Assembly: GCF_006345805.1 (NCBI RefSeq)
Contig: NC_042999.1
Coordinates: 55,738,001 to 55,802,000, forward strand
DNA from: Octopus sinensis
Lineage: Eukaryota
Reading direction: 5' to 3'
Length of the DNA: 64,000 bases
The notes under the pieces: generated by a model
What the model was told of the DNA's origin: nothing
What the model saw: only the letters and a program-made list of their open reading frames with translations
The model's database searches: none
Position numbers and translations under genes: made by a program
Part shown: positions 26,814-39,465 of the stretch, in pieces
How positions within the stretch are numbered: position 1 is the stretch's first letter
Layout of the letters: every line of letters begins with the position of its first letter

Positions 26814-27245
26814 GTATGTATGTATGTATGTATGTATGTATGCATGTATGTATGTATGTATGTATGTATGTATGTATGTATGTATGTATGTTTGTATGTA
26901 TGTATGTATGTATGCATGTATGTATGTATGTATGTATGTTTGTATGTATGTATGTATGTATGTATGTATGCATGTATGTATGTATGTATGTATGTATGTA
27001 TGTATGTTTGTATGTATGTATGTATGCATGCATGCATGCATGTATGTATGTATGTATGTATGTATGTATGTATGTTTGTATGTATGTATGTATGTTTGTA
27101 TGTATGTATGTATGTTTGTATGTATGTATGTGTGTATGTATGTATGTATGTTTGTATGTATGTATGTATGTGTGTATGTATGTATGTATGTTTGTATGTA
27201 TGTATGTATGTTTGTATGTATGTATGTATGTTTGTATGTATGTAT
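26765..27245. repeat. (TATG)n tetranucleotide array
   Basis: Directly visible; source of the MYVC ORFs. Confidence 0.95.
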
Positions 27246-27325
27246 GGCCACTCTGAAAATATTAAAATTGAATTTACTGATATTCACAAATACTTTTGTA
27301 CATTAATGGAAGTAGATGCTGACAA

Positions 27326-27360
<35 letters not shown>

Positions 27361-27498
27361 CATATCATCTGTCAAAATAAGTGAACAAGAGCTATACAAT
27401 TTAAAAAACAACTCACTCACACACACGCTCTCTCTCTCTCTTTCACTCACTCTCTCTCTCTCTCTCACTCTTTCTCTCTCTCACACTCGTATGCACGT

Positions 27499-27530
<32 letters not shown>

Positions 27531-27630
27531 ACATATATGTTAAATTGAGTGAGCAAGAGCCATACAATTTTTTTAAAAAATACTCATGCAAACACTCACC
27601 CACACGTTCTCTCTCTCTCTCTCTCACGCG

Positions 27631-27663
<33 letters not shown>

Positions 27664-28813
27664 CACACACACACACACTATTTACAAGTCAAAAATAAAT
27701 GTACGTTGTGCTTCTTGTCTCCTTTATGCTCAATCTTTAATGGCCAAATATTTTTCTGGCCTATTTTAACGTCACTCTCTATTATGTTTGTCAACATATT
27801 TGGAGATTCTCTCACGTTGCCACCATCATTGAAAGTTCAATGTTGTTGTTGCTGTTTCGGCTGCGCGTTATATCATAATAAACAGACGCGAATATAATCG
27901 CATATCTTATTATAAGATTTATTGAACAGGAGAACAATCGAATATAAATTTCCAATGACAGCTAGTATGCAACGTAGGAGATCAGAATTGAATATAATAA
28001 TTTCTAATAAGGCTCTCGAGGCACCAGAGAGAGTTGAATCGGAGTTGTGAAGAAGAATTCCAGTCATTTCTCGCTAGATTCAGCAAAGGAAAACTCGACG
28101 TTGTTCCTGCTATACAAGGCCGCGTACTGGCTTGTTTGTGGCGAGAGTTGAGAATGTGTATTCTCTGGGGACTGTGTAAGAATTAACACTTCCTTCTCTA
28201 AGCCTAGATTCGAAACCGAATCCTAGAATTCTCGGTCGTCCAAACCACGACGATCAACAGGCGCGAAAAAAGGTTTTCTCTCTCCTGTCAAAAATTGATT
28301 GATCATCTCCCTTTGACCAGAGACCTTAGCATGTCAGGCGAAGTTCAACTGGACAAGCGCTGAACTATTTAGGTACTAACTCAGCTGCAGTATGTCTGTC
28401 TTTCTAGCTGCCACTTTTTATTATAATTACAAGAAAGGCAGAAAGGCAGGCGGATAATCGCAGCAGACAGACGAGATAGATCTATCTACGACCCAAGTTT
28501 TTGGCAGACGACAGAGACAGAGAGAAATGTTCGAAGTGCCGATAGACTACTGTTTTGAATGAAACACGCACACACACAAACATAGTCATTCCTAATATGA
28601 CTTTCCACGAATGTATTCCGTATTTCTAGCAACTCGTAGCAGTTGCCTACATTTTGTATGTAGTGTACTTATAACTTATCAAGCCCTGTAAATAAATGCT
28701 TTTCAATCATGGATCAGTTTACGTATTTGTTTACATGCACATTCCATTTGCATCTATGTTCATTGATACATACTTAACCACTACAACTGTCTCAAAACTC
28801 TCTGGGCTCTTAC

Positions 28814-28943
28814 CTTCATACCAAGAAAAGCATGTGATAAGGTCATAGAACATTCGACGAAGTTCTATATGGCGTGATATTTCTGCAAGCTGATTGGTGA
28901 TAATCAGGGCGTGTTGCCTGACTTCAATTTGAATAGGACCCAA
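28814..28943 (-). CDS. Candidate internal exon of an unidentified gene (LGPIQIEVRQHALIITNQLAEISRHIELRRMFYDLITCFSWYE)
   Basis: Acceptor CCCTTATAG| and donor GAAG|GTAAGA; 130 nt, open only in phase 0->1; protein-like composition in unique sequence. No family recognised. Confidence 0.45.
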
Positions 28944-30034
28944 CTATAAGGGTTGCAAGGTTTCGATTCTAGGTCTCACTACAAAGTCGTTGACTTAAAC
29001 ATGTACGTGTCATTTAGCCCTTAGTTTTGTAGCGAGACCAATTTCTATTATTACATATTTGAAAGCATTAAGTAGGCTTATGTAGGCTCACCACGTTAAT
29101 CTGTAGTGATTGGTCAACATATCTATCACGTGAGTGTTTGGATATTTGATGAGTCCTGTGTTGTAATTAGTTGAATGTTGCGCGGGAATTTGATCGAAGG
29201 TCCAATTACGTTGCGCATAATATCTTATCAAACAACTAATCTGTATGTATTCTGGAACTTAACATTTTTTTTTCCATAAATTAATGCGAAAAATTATTTA
29301 CGAGTCAGAGGGGTGAGAGTTTTTCCATCAAGGCGTGTTATGCGGATTCTTGCCGTTTACACCAGAGGAAAATTAGTATAACAGATCACATTATAACCAA
29401 CGACGACCCAAACTGAATTATCTAAACAACCAGCGGAATTTGTAAAGTTTCTTGTTTTGATTCACTGAGCCATTTTACGAAGGAATAAAGTTCCACTGTT
29501 CTAAAGTTAGTTTCTTTTGCTACTTCCACGAGTGAACACTCAAATATATTATATAATGGTATGCATGATTTTTGGTAAAATCAAGGGAGACTTAGGACAG
29601 CCATAGAAGTTTCAATATGCTTTCTATATTTATCTCTCGTTCTCCTTACTTTCCTTCCTGACGATGGTTTTTAGTTTGAAACTTTCAAGACATTTCGGTA
29701 CAACTTACCGAAGTATGTCTCCACCGACTTTGTTTCCTCATACTTTGCTGAAAAATGGATATTTTTTTTAATGAAATTTTCTTCGAATACCTTTCAGATG
29801 TTTGTAGATCATTATGATTATATCGGAATTTGTTGTGAAAAATTCTTTTCGAAGATTAAGAAAAACTTTGGATAATTCACACGCCATGGCTTTCAGAAGA
29901 TTGTGTATTCTTTAATGAAATTTTCTACAAAAACCTTTCAGATGGATTTTAATGGAAAAAAAAATGTGGGTGGCGGTTATTTCACGTGCCTCAGCATTTT
30001 TCTTCATACGTTTTGGTAATGTAGATTACTATAA

Positions 30035-30250
30035 TAATAATAATAATAATAATAATTGTGTACAGTGCTCAGGTGCACTACAACTCATCTAAAGTGTATA
30101 TATAATCAGGTGTAGTTTCGGCGGATTTCGGAAAGCATGAGGGCCTTAAAAGATGCAGTGTCATGGCAGTCAACAACTGACGCAGGCAGTTTATTCCATG
30201 CTTCAGCAACTCTGAGCGTGAAAAAATGTTTCCGAAAGTCATGGGAGCTG
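30035..30250 (-). mobile_element. CR1/L2-type LINE 3' end fragment
   Basis: HDFRKHFFTLRVAEAWNKLPASVVDCHDTASFK C-terminal motif and (TTA)n tail; sibling at 41245-41490. Confidence 0.75.
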
Positions 30251-30269
30251 TATTGTATGATACAATTAT

Positions 30270-30480
30270 TCTTTATTCTTTTATTCTTTTACTTGTTTCA
30301 GTCATTTGACTGCAGTCATGCTGGAGCACCGCCTTTAGTCGAAGATATCGACCCCAGGATTTATTCTTTGTAAGCCTAGTACTTATTCTATCGGGTCTAT
30401 TTTACCGAACCGCTAAGTTACAGGGACGTAAACACACCAACATCGGTTGTCAAGCGATGTTGGAGATAAACACAGACACA
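30270..30480 (-). mobile_element. SINE 3' module
   Basis: Same block as 58495-58680. Confidence 0.7.
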
Positions 30481-30483
30481 CAA

Positions 30484-30570
<87 letters not shown>

Positions 30571-30607
30571 GGTGAGAAAGTTGGTGTGTGAAAGCACATG
30601 GTTGGAT

Positions 30608-31035
30608 ATATATAAAATAGAAAAGAGTGAAAAAACTACAGAAGGCTTGTTTTATAAGGTTAAAGAATATATTTAAGTCGTTATGTTAGAAAAATGTTAG
30701 AAAATTTTTCATATAGTAACATAGTTTTGGGAGAAATTACCGGTTTCGTGTTAACTTTTCAAATTTCTCAAATGTCTTTATCTACATCGTGTCATGTCTT
30801 CGTTATGCATAACGAAGACATGAAACGAAGACATGCATAACGAAGACATGACACGATGTAGATAAAGACATTTGAGAAATTTGAAAGTTAACACGAAACC
30901 GGTAATTTCTCCCAAAACTATGTTACTATATGAAAAATTTTATACACATTTTCTAACATAAGACTTAAATATATTCTTTAACCTTATAAAAAAAAGCCTT
31001 CTGTAGTTTTTTCACTCTTTTTCTACTTATATATA
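30608..31035. repeat. ~430-bp foldback palindrome with ~200-bp arms
   Basis: 30608-30815 is the reverse complement of 30835-31035; the centre duplicates CATAACGAAGACATG; (TA)n on both sides. Confidence 0.9.
30731..30769 (-). ncRNA. Minimal hammerhead-like motif with U3/A8 core variant
   Basis: Minus strand GAGAAAT-TTGAAAA-GT-TAAC-AC-GAAAC-CG-GTA-ATTTCTC; 7-bp stem I. The mirror copy at 30874-30911 (+) lacks one A. Confidence 0.5.
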
Positions 31036-31135
31036 TATATATATATATATATAACAATTGCAGCGTGGAATTGTTTTCGTTTCAGCACACGATCTCAGAT
31101 CAAATTACTTGCTATGCGAGTACATCTCCTATATA

Positions 31136-31187
<52 letters not shown>

Positions 31188-31589
31188 TATACATACATAC
31201 ACACACACACACACAACACACAAACACACACACACACCACAACACAAACAACACACACCACACACACCACACACACACCACACACACACACATATATATA
31301 ATATATATATATATATACATATAGATAAAACTTACTTGGAAGAGAATGCGTGGCGTTCAATCATATAATGATATATATACATATATACATACGTATATAT
31401 ATATATATACAAATTATAAAAATAATTTTAAAAACTATATCGTACAACAGTGTTTCTACTTCGCGGATCTTCACCTATCGCGGTGGGGTTTGAAACGTAG
31501 GACTCACGATAGTCGAGGGATTACTGTATATATATATATGTGTATATATATACATTATGTCTATGTATGTGTATAAGTGTATGCATGTC

Positions 31590-31657
<68 letters not shown>

Positions 31658-31691
31658 GTGTGTGCGTGTATGTGTGTGTGTGTGTGTGTGT

Positions 31692-31980
31692 GGAGGCGCA
31701 ATGGCCCAGTGGTTAAGGCAGCGGACTCGCGGTTTCGATTCTCAGACCGGGCGTTGTGAGTGTTTATTGAGCGAAAATACCTAAAGCTCCACGAGGCTCC
31801 GGCAGTGGGTGGTGGCGATCCCTGCTGTAATCTTTCGCCGCAACTTTCACTCTTTCTTCTGTTGGGCTGCTCGCTTAGCCAGCGGGGTGGCGTCCTTTGA
31901 AGGCTAAAGCAATGCGAAGCGCATTGTGACCAGCGATGTCTAACAACATCTGATAGCCTGGTCGATCATGTGATCATGTC
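31692..31980 (+). mobile_element. tRNA-derived SINE
   Basis: Head GGAGGCGCAATGGCCCAGTGGTTAAGGCAGCGGACTCGCGG as at 14175, with a different 3' part. Confidence 0.8.
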
Positions 31981-32504
31981 ATATATATATAAGGAATGAG
32001 GGAAGCAGAAAAAGGAATCAGCAAGAATCTGTTTTCAATTTCAACACAACGATCGTTTCGACCCACCCTGCATCTGCTCCTTGCGGGTGGGATACTGTAC
32101 AGCTAGTTGTATTGCACCTACCAGTGCAGAATGCATCTCGTTGGGTGCCTCGTTTTAAATAAGATACTTCGCTAAATATACTCGGTTTCGCTTGGTATGT
32201 CGTAGTCGCCAGTTAACTATACTGATAGAGGATGGAAACAATTTCCTGGTTGTTTCCACCCGCAAGAAACAGATGTAGGACGGGTAGAAACGATTGTTGT
32301 GTTGAATAAAGATTCTTGTAAACTCACTTTTCCGTTTCCCTCATTCATTATAAACTCAACGAACACTGGAATTCCTGACATAGATCCGGTGACACTTATA
32401 TCACAACTGTGGATGATATGAGGTAATCTAAACTGTGGAAATGCTTTAATCGGCACACTACTAACCATATATCCAAGGTCCAAATAATTACTTATATACT
32501 TACA

Positions 32505-33380
32505 TACGTGGTCTGATCAATAAGTATCTGGACTGTTACCATAGTAATGAAGCTAAAGCACGCAGAGTGAAGCTGCTGGACAAACGTTGACCTTGAACTC
32601 TGCTTAACGTTCTAGCTCACTTCCGCTGTTTACTGAAGTGCTTGAAAGGAAGGTGTGTAGCATGTGCTCGTCGCAATGGCTATAACAGAGAAAGTTGAGC
32701 AGAGAATCTGCATAAAATTTTGCAAAAAGCTTGGCGGTACCTGCTCAGAGTCCTATGCAATGTTTTCAAAAGATTTTCATCGTTCTCGACACAATCAAGG
32801 AGATTTTGTGCAACTGAAACCCGAGTGTCCTTTTGGTCAGATGAAAGCAGTTTTGGCACAAATTTGGCAGACGCGTGTCTCACACCCAAATCTTCAGTGA
32901 AATGGACTGAACTGCACCGTAACTAATTTGGACATCTGATAACTCACGGATGGTGATTTGACGATTTCTCCTCACAGCTGCATGCACATCTGCGATGTTT
33001 TTCTCAGTTCTGCTTGCTGTGGATCTCCAAGAACGTTCGTCACTATTGACATTTTTCCGGCCATCTTGGAAACGTCTGAACCACTCGTACACGTGTATGC
33101 GGCTCATATACTTCTTTCTATACACTTTCGGCAACTTTGCGCAAGCCTCTGAGCAGGTATCGCCATGATAGCTTTCTCTGTCATGGTCAATACGACGATC
33201 ACACGCTACACACCTTCCTTCCAAGCAATGCTGTAAATAGCGGAAGTGATCTAGAACGTTAAAACTTAGTGCGCATGCACAGCAGAGTTCAAGTTCAATC
33301 TTTGCCAAGCGGCTTTACTCTGAGTGCTTTAGCTTCGTTACTATGGCAGCAGTCCGGATACTTATTGATCAGATCTCGCA
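32505..33380. mobile_element. Non-autonomous mariner derivative built from two inverted 5' ends
   Basis: TIRs TACGTGGTCTGATCAATAAGTATCTGGACTG / CAGTCCGGATACTTATTGATCAGATCTCGCA. Transposase N-terminus on + (MAITEKVEQRICIKFCKKLG) and on - (HVYEWFRRFQDGR..KFVPKLLSSDQK). Confidence 0.85.
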
Positions 33381-34630
33381 CGCATGCATGCATGCATGCA
33401 TACATACATACATACATACATACATACATACATACATAGTGGCTGCCCCCTCGTTATCGAGTATGGCCATTGCACGAAGCTTAATCAATGTTGTTATCGT
33501 GCAATGCATGTGCAAGAAGATTTTTTTTAAAGTGAGGAAAGGCTGTGCACTGAGTCAATCCCACTCACTAAGCAACATCAGCCATAATCCGAAAAAAAGA
33601 ACAAGTCAACATCATCGGTAACCACTGAGCCGCAGGTTTTATGTCGAAGTTATCCCAGTTACCTGAGTTACCTTCTCCTAGAAGGATGCCCTAACAAAGG
33701 CTAGGAGTCCTTCACTCCCAATGGTTTAACTGCGCGATCGGGTATTCAGTCCGATTATTTCTATGTCCCCGCGCATGATACAGCCTTAAGACATTTATTG
33801 GATGGCCGTTGACTCTCAAGAGTTCCTCCGCCCTTTGACGGGTTTTGTTTTTCATCATGCAGGGTGTCCAGTAAACACCCTCCTCACCAAGCAAGCTTGG
33901 TGGGGTTGCCGGTTTAGTCGCCGACGACCCGACCATGCAACAGGTTGTACTGGGTTACATGTTACCAGTAGCACTCGAAAGAGACCTGACATACATACAT
34001 ATATACATTTTTATGTATGCATGTGGTTGTGTTGTGTGCGTGTATATATTATATGAAACACACCAGTCTGCTATTACCATCCACTTTTATTAATGTATTT
34101 GTGAATATCTGTGGTTTCAATATTGATATTTTCGAGCATAAACCATACAATATCGTGGCTTTAACATCTGCGTAATATAGCAGATTTATATTCGAATGTT
34201 GACTTTATTTAGTGTCAATAGTTCTGGTAGTGGTAGTGCCGGCGGCGATGGTGGTGGTGGGTGGTGGTGGCGGCGGCGGATGGTAATGGTTGTAGTAGTG
34301 CTGGTGGGGTTGTGATGGTGGAGGGCAGTGGTTTAAGATATAGATTATCAGTGCACACGATAAGTGAAGGTAACAAATTAGATATCTGTCATACCCTACG
34401 GTTGAAGAAGTGCGCCCGCACACACAACACACACACACACACACGTAACACACACATAAACAACACACATACTCATAAAATGTGCGTGTGGGGATATATA
34501 TTGATATTTATATATGTATATATGTATATACATGTCTATATATGTATATATATATGCATGTATAAATGTAGGCATATATGTATTATGTATATATGTATGT
34601 ATAAGAATGGGAAGAAGGAAAAGAGAAATT

Positions 34631-34708
<78 letters not shown>

Positions 34709-35040
34709 CACATAAAATATATAGACACGTACATACATATACGCCCACCCAGGTACTCATGATGTGTCAATATATATATATATATATTTGTGTATGTGTG
34801 TGTGTCTGTGTGTGTATACGTATAATATACATATAAATAGAGAGAGGGGGAGAGAAAATAGTGAGGAAGAGAGGAAGGAAAAGAAAAGGATAAGTAGTTC
34901 GTTGTTTGGAAGATTATGTATACACACAATTATTTTATCTAAATCCATTCAGCTGTGTGTATAATTGTGATGTTTAATGCATTTAAAAGTATGTGCATTC
35001 GCTGCGTATATTTTCGTTTGTACGTAAGTATGCTGTGCGT

Positions 35041-35074
<34 letters not shown>

Positions 35075-35200
35075 TGTGTGTGTGTGTGAGTGTGTGTGTG
35101 TGTCCAGGGATCAAGACACAATTCCATGAATGAAGGTTCCTGGCATATGATAATGGGTACATATGTGTCAGTTTCAAAATAAATGGATGCGGGTATATTA

Positions 35201-35261
<61 letters not shown>

Positions 35262-35334
35262 ATATATATATGTATGTATATATATATATATATATGTATA
35301 TGTATGTATGTATGTATATTTTTTTTTTTTTTTC

Positions 35335-35541
35335 CAGTTTCAGCTCTTGAGCTGTGGCCATGCTGGGGCACCGCCATTGTGGTGAAAGAGTACAGCAGGG
35401 ATCACCCCCCCCCCTGCCGGAGCCTCGTAGAGCTTTTAGGTGTTTTCGCTCAATAAACACACACAACGCCCAGTCTGAGAATCGAAACCGCGATCCTGCG
35501 ACCGCGAGTCCGCTGCCCTAACCACTAGGCCATTGCGCCTC
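35335..35541 (-). mobile_element. tRNA-derived SINE (14175 family), truncated
   Basis: Reverse complement of the GAGGCGCAATGGCCTAGTGGTTAGGGCAGCGGACTCGCGG head. Confidence 0.8.
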
Positions 35542-35542
35542 T

Positions 35543-35864
<322 letters not shown>

Positions 35865-36149
35865 GAGCAGAAATACCCGGTGTTGCTCGGGTTAAAGAGG
35901 GTAATGAAATTTAAAAACGCCGTTTACATTACGTAGGTCCCAACTGCTAACTTTCTACATTAATAACTCTCCAACCCATGCCAACATGGAACATAGACGT
36001 TAACTGAAATGTTGAAAGAAAGTTTTCAACTCATATATGTATATAAAGTAAATACACGTAATTCAAAAACATGTTTTGTGTAGCTTATTTCATAACCAAA
36101 AGAACAGGTACAGATTATAAACAATGAAAAGCCGATTTTGATGATTCAT

Positions 36150-36520
36150 TTGACAAAGGTATTAGAGAGCCAATCTGATGACAAATCTAACCTTGGATCT
36201 TGAAAGTTTGCATGAATCCTGGCTCAGTTAAATTTCTTGTGGCTCCAAATGATGTCATCTGTAGTGCAGCGTTGTATTGTCTAATTTTGTTTTGGAAGTG
36301 CTTGGAATCTTGGTCACTTGATGACAACAGTTTCTTCAATTGCTCTGGAGGTTAGGGGATTGCTGGGAGCTTAACCTTTCCACCACTGCAGTACAGTGCA
36401 GGTGTCTCTCCAGGTCATTTCCTGGCTTTACAATGTATGCCCTCAGTTGTCATTGCACCAATGGAAACTCTAGTGTCATCTGCACAATGAACTGCTGGAA
36501 GAACGCCACAAGAAGACGAT
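36150..36520 (-). pseudogene. Helitron RepHel N-terminal fragment
   Basis: GETPALYCSGGKVKLPAIP*PPEQL..DSKHFQNKIRQYNAALQMTSFGA..EPGFMQTFKIQG*ICHQIGSLIP are hallmark Helitron motifs. Confidence 0.85.
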
Positions 36521-36554
36521 GAACGATCTGGAAAACCTGCCACGAGTTTCAGCC

Positions 36555-36990
36555 CCGGAAATGTGGTATTGTGCATCGAGAATTCGTCCTAGAGGTCCAG
36601 ACCGTCAATCGAGAGTTCTACTGCGATGTTTTGAAGCGTTTGAGTGAGGACATTCGGCGAAAGCAACCGGATCTGTGGAGCGTGAAGAATTGGATTCTTC
36701 ACCGAGTTCACTCCACTCGTGAGTTTCTCGCCAAAAACAACATGGTATCACTTCCGCGCCCGCTCTATTCACCAGATTTAGCACCTGCGGACTTCCATCT
36801 CTTCCCCAAGATGAAAATGCAGCTCAAAGGTCACCGTTTTAACACCGTTGTTGAGATCCACAACGAATCGCAGATCTTCGACTTACTTACGGAAATCGAC
36901 TTCCAAGCCGTTTTCCAAAAGAAGCAGAAATGCTGGACCGGTGTATTGCTGCGTAAGGTGACTATTTCGAAAGTGATGATGTTAAAACCT
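36555..36990 (+). pseudogene. Mariner transposase C-terminal fragment nested in the Helitron
   Basis: TVNREFYCDVLKRL..YSPDLAPADFHLFPKMKMQLKGHRF. Confidence 0.9.
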
Positions 36991-37018
36991 AGGTAAATGA
37001 ATTATCTTTTATCAAACA

Positions 37019-37412
37019 CTAGCAGTATCGCCCGGCGTTGCTCGGGTTTGTAAGGGAAATAACTATATAAGCATTTATAGAGAGTTATAGCCAAAAAATA
37101 GCAAAAAAATGCATTGAAAATTGAAAAAAAATTAAGGTAAATTTTTTTTTAAATCGTTGACACATCGTAGATATTTTTAGAGAGTTACTTCCCTTATATA
37201 AAACGAAAGAAATGCATTAAAATGGAAAAATATGATGGTAAATTTTTTTAAATCGTAGACTCATCGTAGACGCACGCTAATACCCAGAAGGGCTCGATAT
37301 GAATCACGACTATAAGATACCCGCTTTTGGTTAAACTGCACCGCAAAATGTGGGAGTAGTTAGGAATCTAAATCGTAGGAGACAGACACACAACTTCACT
37401 CTTATATAAAGA
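37019..37412 (-). mobile_element. Non-autonomous Helitron nested in the larger Helitron
   Basis: Minus strand A|TC...hairpin...CTAG|T; near-identical to 4857-5255. Confidence 0.85.
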
Positions 37413-38951
37413 TGCTTTTTTTTTCAGTCATAGAGTTAGATTTATGAAGGTCTTCAGTAGAAAATCCTTCGAATTCTGACTCGCTGCTTGATATAATGAA
37501 ATTCGTATCCATTTTTTGTCAGAATTACAAATTTTGAAAACACAATAGGAACAAATTTCGGAAAAAAATCTCCCATAATTTACGGAATTAAAATTACACT
37601 TCGATTTTTATACAAAACTGTAGTTGAAGTGTTTACGAAGTATAATACGTGTTTTCACGAATGTACTAAAGAGATTTGCTCTGATATTCTCATTTAAATA
37701 TGAATAGGTAAATTCGGGCGGCTTGGTAACTATATATAAGTGTCGTCTGTTTATACATAAACACTGTTTCATACTGCAATTATATATACATATATCTATA
37801 TATAATATTATATAATAAAATATATACAGAGTAAAATAAAAACCAATTTACCTTTTCTGTCCGTCCGTGTGTCTTTGCAAATGTGTTGGAATGATAAGTG
37901 AGTTGAGTTTTGGCGCCTTTTTTACTAATAACAAACACACACGTGTTTGTATTTACCTTTTCTGTCCGTCCGTGTGTCTTTGCAAATGTGTTGGAATGAT
38001 AAGTGAGTTGCGTTTTGGCGCCTTTTTTACTAATAACAAACACACACGTGTTTGTATGTAGTTGTATGTAGTTGTATATGTATGTGTATGCGTGTGTGTG
38101 AGGAATGACACACACACACTCACGCACGCACACATGTACATCAATGCTTTCGGAGTGATATGTTAAAATATTGAGTTTTCTCGAATTTTGTCTTAATTGG
38201 TGGTAAAATTGAAAGAAATTTTTTATGGCATCACCCACTGAAGTACTCTGAAAAATCTTAGGTAAATTCTAATTGAAGAAATTGTGTGAGGAGTAAATCG
38301 TTATGTATTTATTTGTTTCTGTTTGCTGTGTTTTTTTTATTTTTTGAGTAGTGGTTTAAATACTTTCAGTTTAGTCTTCCTCAAATCACTCTGTCGCTAT
38401 TTACTTTCATTTTATTCGTCGCACACTGTGTGTGTGCGTTTGCGTGTGGTGTAAACCAGACTAAGAAAAGCATTTGACACACACACCAGAATGTGAGTTT
38501 TCTGTAAATTTTGCTTAATTGGAGTTTAAATTTTAAAAACTGGACCTGGCATGACGCGATGCATTGTACTCTTAAAAATGCTAGGTAAATTGTAATTGAA
38601 GAAATGCTATATTGTAGATTTGTATAACTCCCAAAGGGAGGCAGATAAAATCTGCCTTTTATAATAAGAGACTAGCAGTATCGCCCGGCGTTGCTCGGGT
38701 TTGTAAGGGAAATAACTATATAAGCATTTTTAGAGAGTTATAGCCAAAAAATAGCAAAAAAATGCATTAAAAATTGAAAAAAAATTAAGGTAAATTTTTC
38801 TTTAAATCGTTGACACATCGTAGATATTTTTAGAGAGTTACTTCCCTTATATAAAAGCGAAAAAAATGCATTAAAATGGAAAAATATGATCGTAATTTTT
38901 TTTTAAATCGTGGACTCATCGTAGACGCGCGCTAATACCCTGAAGGGCTCG

Positions 38952-39325
38952 TTTGTTATTCTGGGTAACTTTCTGTAAAATTATTAAAATTTTGTTCAAA
39001 CATCGCTATAGAAAATGGGTTATTAGCTAATATTCAATTGGGTATACAACAAAATTTTACGATAGAATTTGTTATTCTGGGTAACATTCTGTAAAATTAT
39101 TAAAATTTTGTTCAAACATCGCTATAGAAAATGGGTTATTAGCTAATATTCAATTGGGTATACAACAAAATTTTACGATAGAATTTGTTATTCTGGGTAA
39201 CTTTCTGTAAAATTATTAAAATTTTGTTCAAACATCGCTATAGAAAATGGGTTATTAGCTAATATTCAATTGGGTATACAACAAAATTTTACGATAGAAT
39301 TTGTTATTCTGGGTAACTTTCTGAT
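38952..39325. repeat. 116-bp tandem repeat, 3 copies plus a partial
   Basis: Units start TTTGTTATTCTGGGTAAC at 38952, 39068, 39184 and 39300. Confidence 0.95.
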
Positions 39326-39465
39326 ACCCATAATAATATTTATGGTAAAATAGGCCTTAATTTCATTGAAGGTTGTGGGAAATAACAAACTATCGTTTCT
39401 TTCGTTTTGTTTACGTTTAGCGTAACAGTTCGTTTCTGCCGTAATGATTTCAAATGGGCTCATTC
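39240..39465 (-). pseudogene. piggyBac (PGBD/DDE_Tnp_1_7-like) transposase fragment
   Basis: FEIITAETNCYAKRKQ..TTFNEIKAYFTINIIMGIRKLPRI matches the ETNxYA..T..EIKA..I.I.MG..KLP pattern of PGBD N-termini. Confidence 0.7.

Noticed and set aside
38952-39325. Regular repeats (116-bp; also 27-bp at 13340 and 19-bp at 57180) as possible CRISPR arrays
   Set aside because: No unique spacers or cas genes, and the context is eukaryotic.
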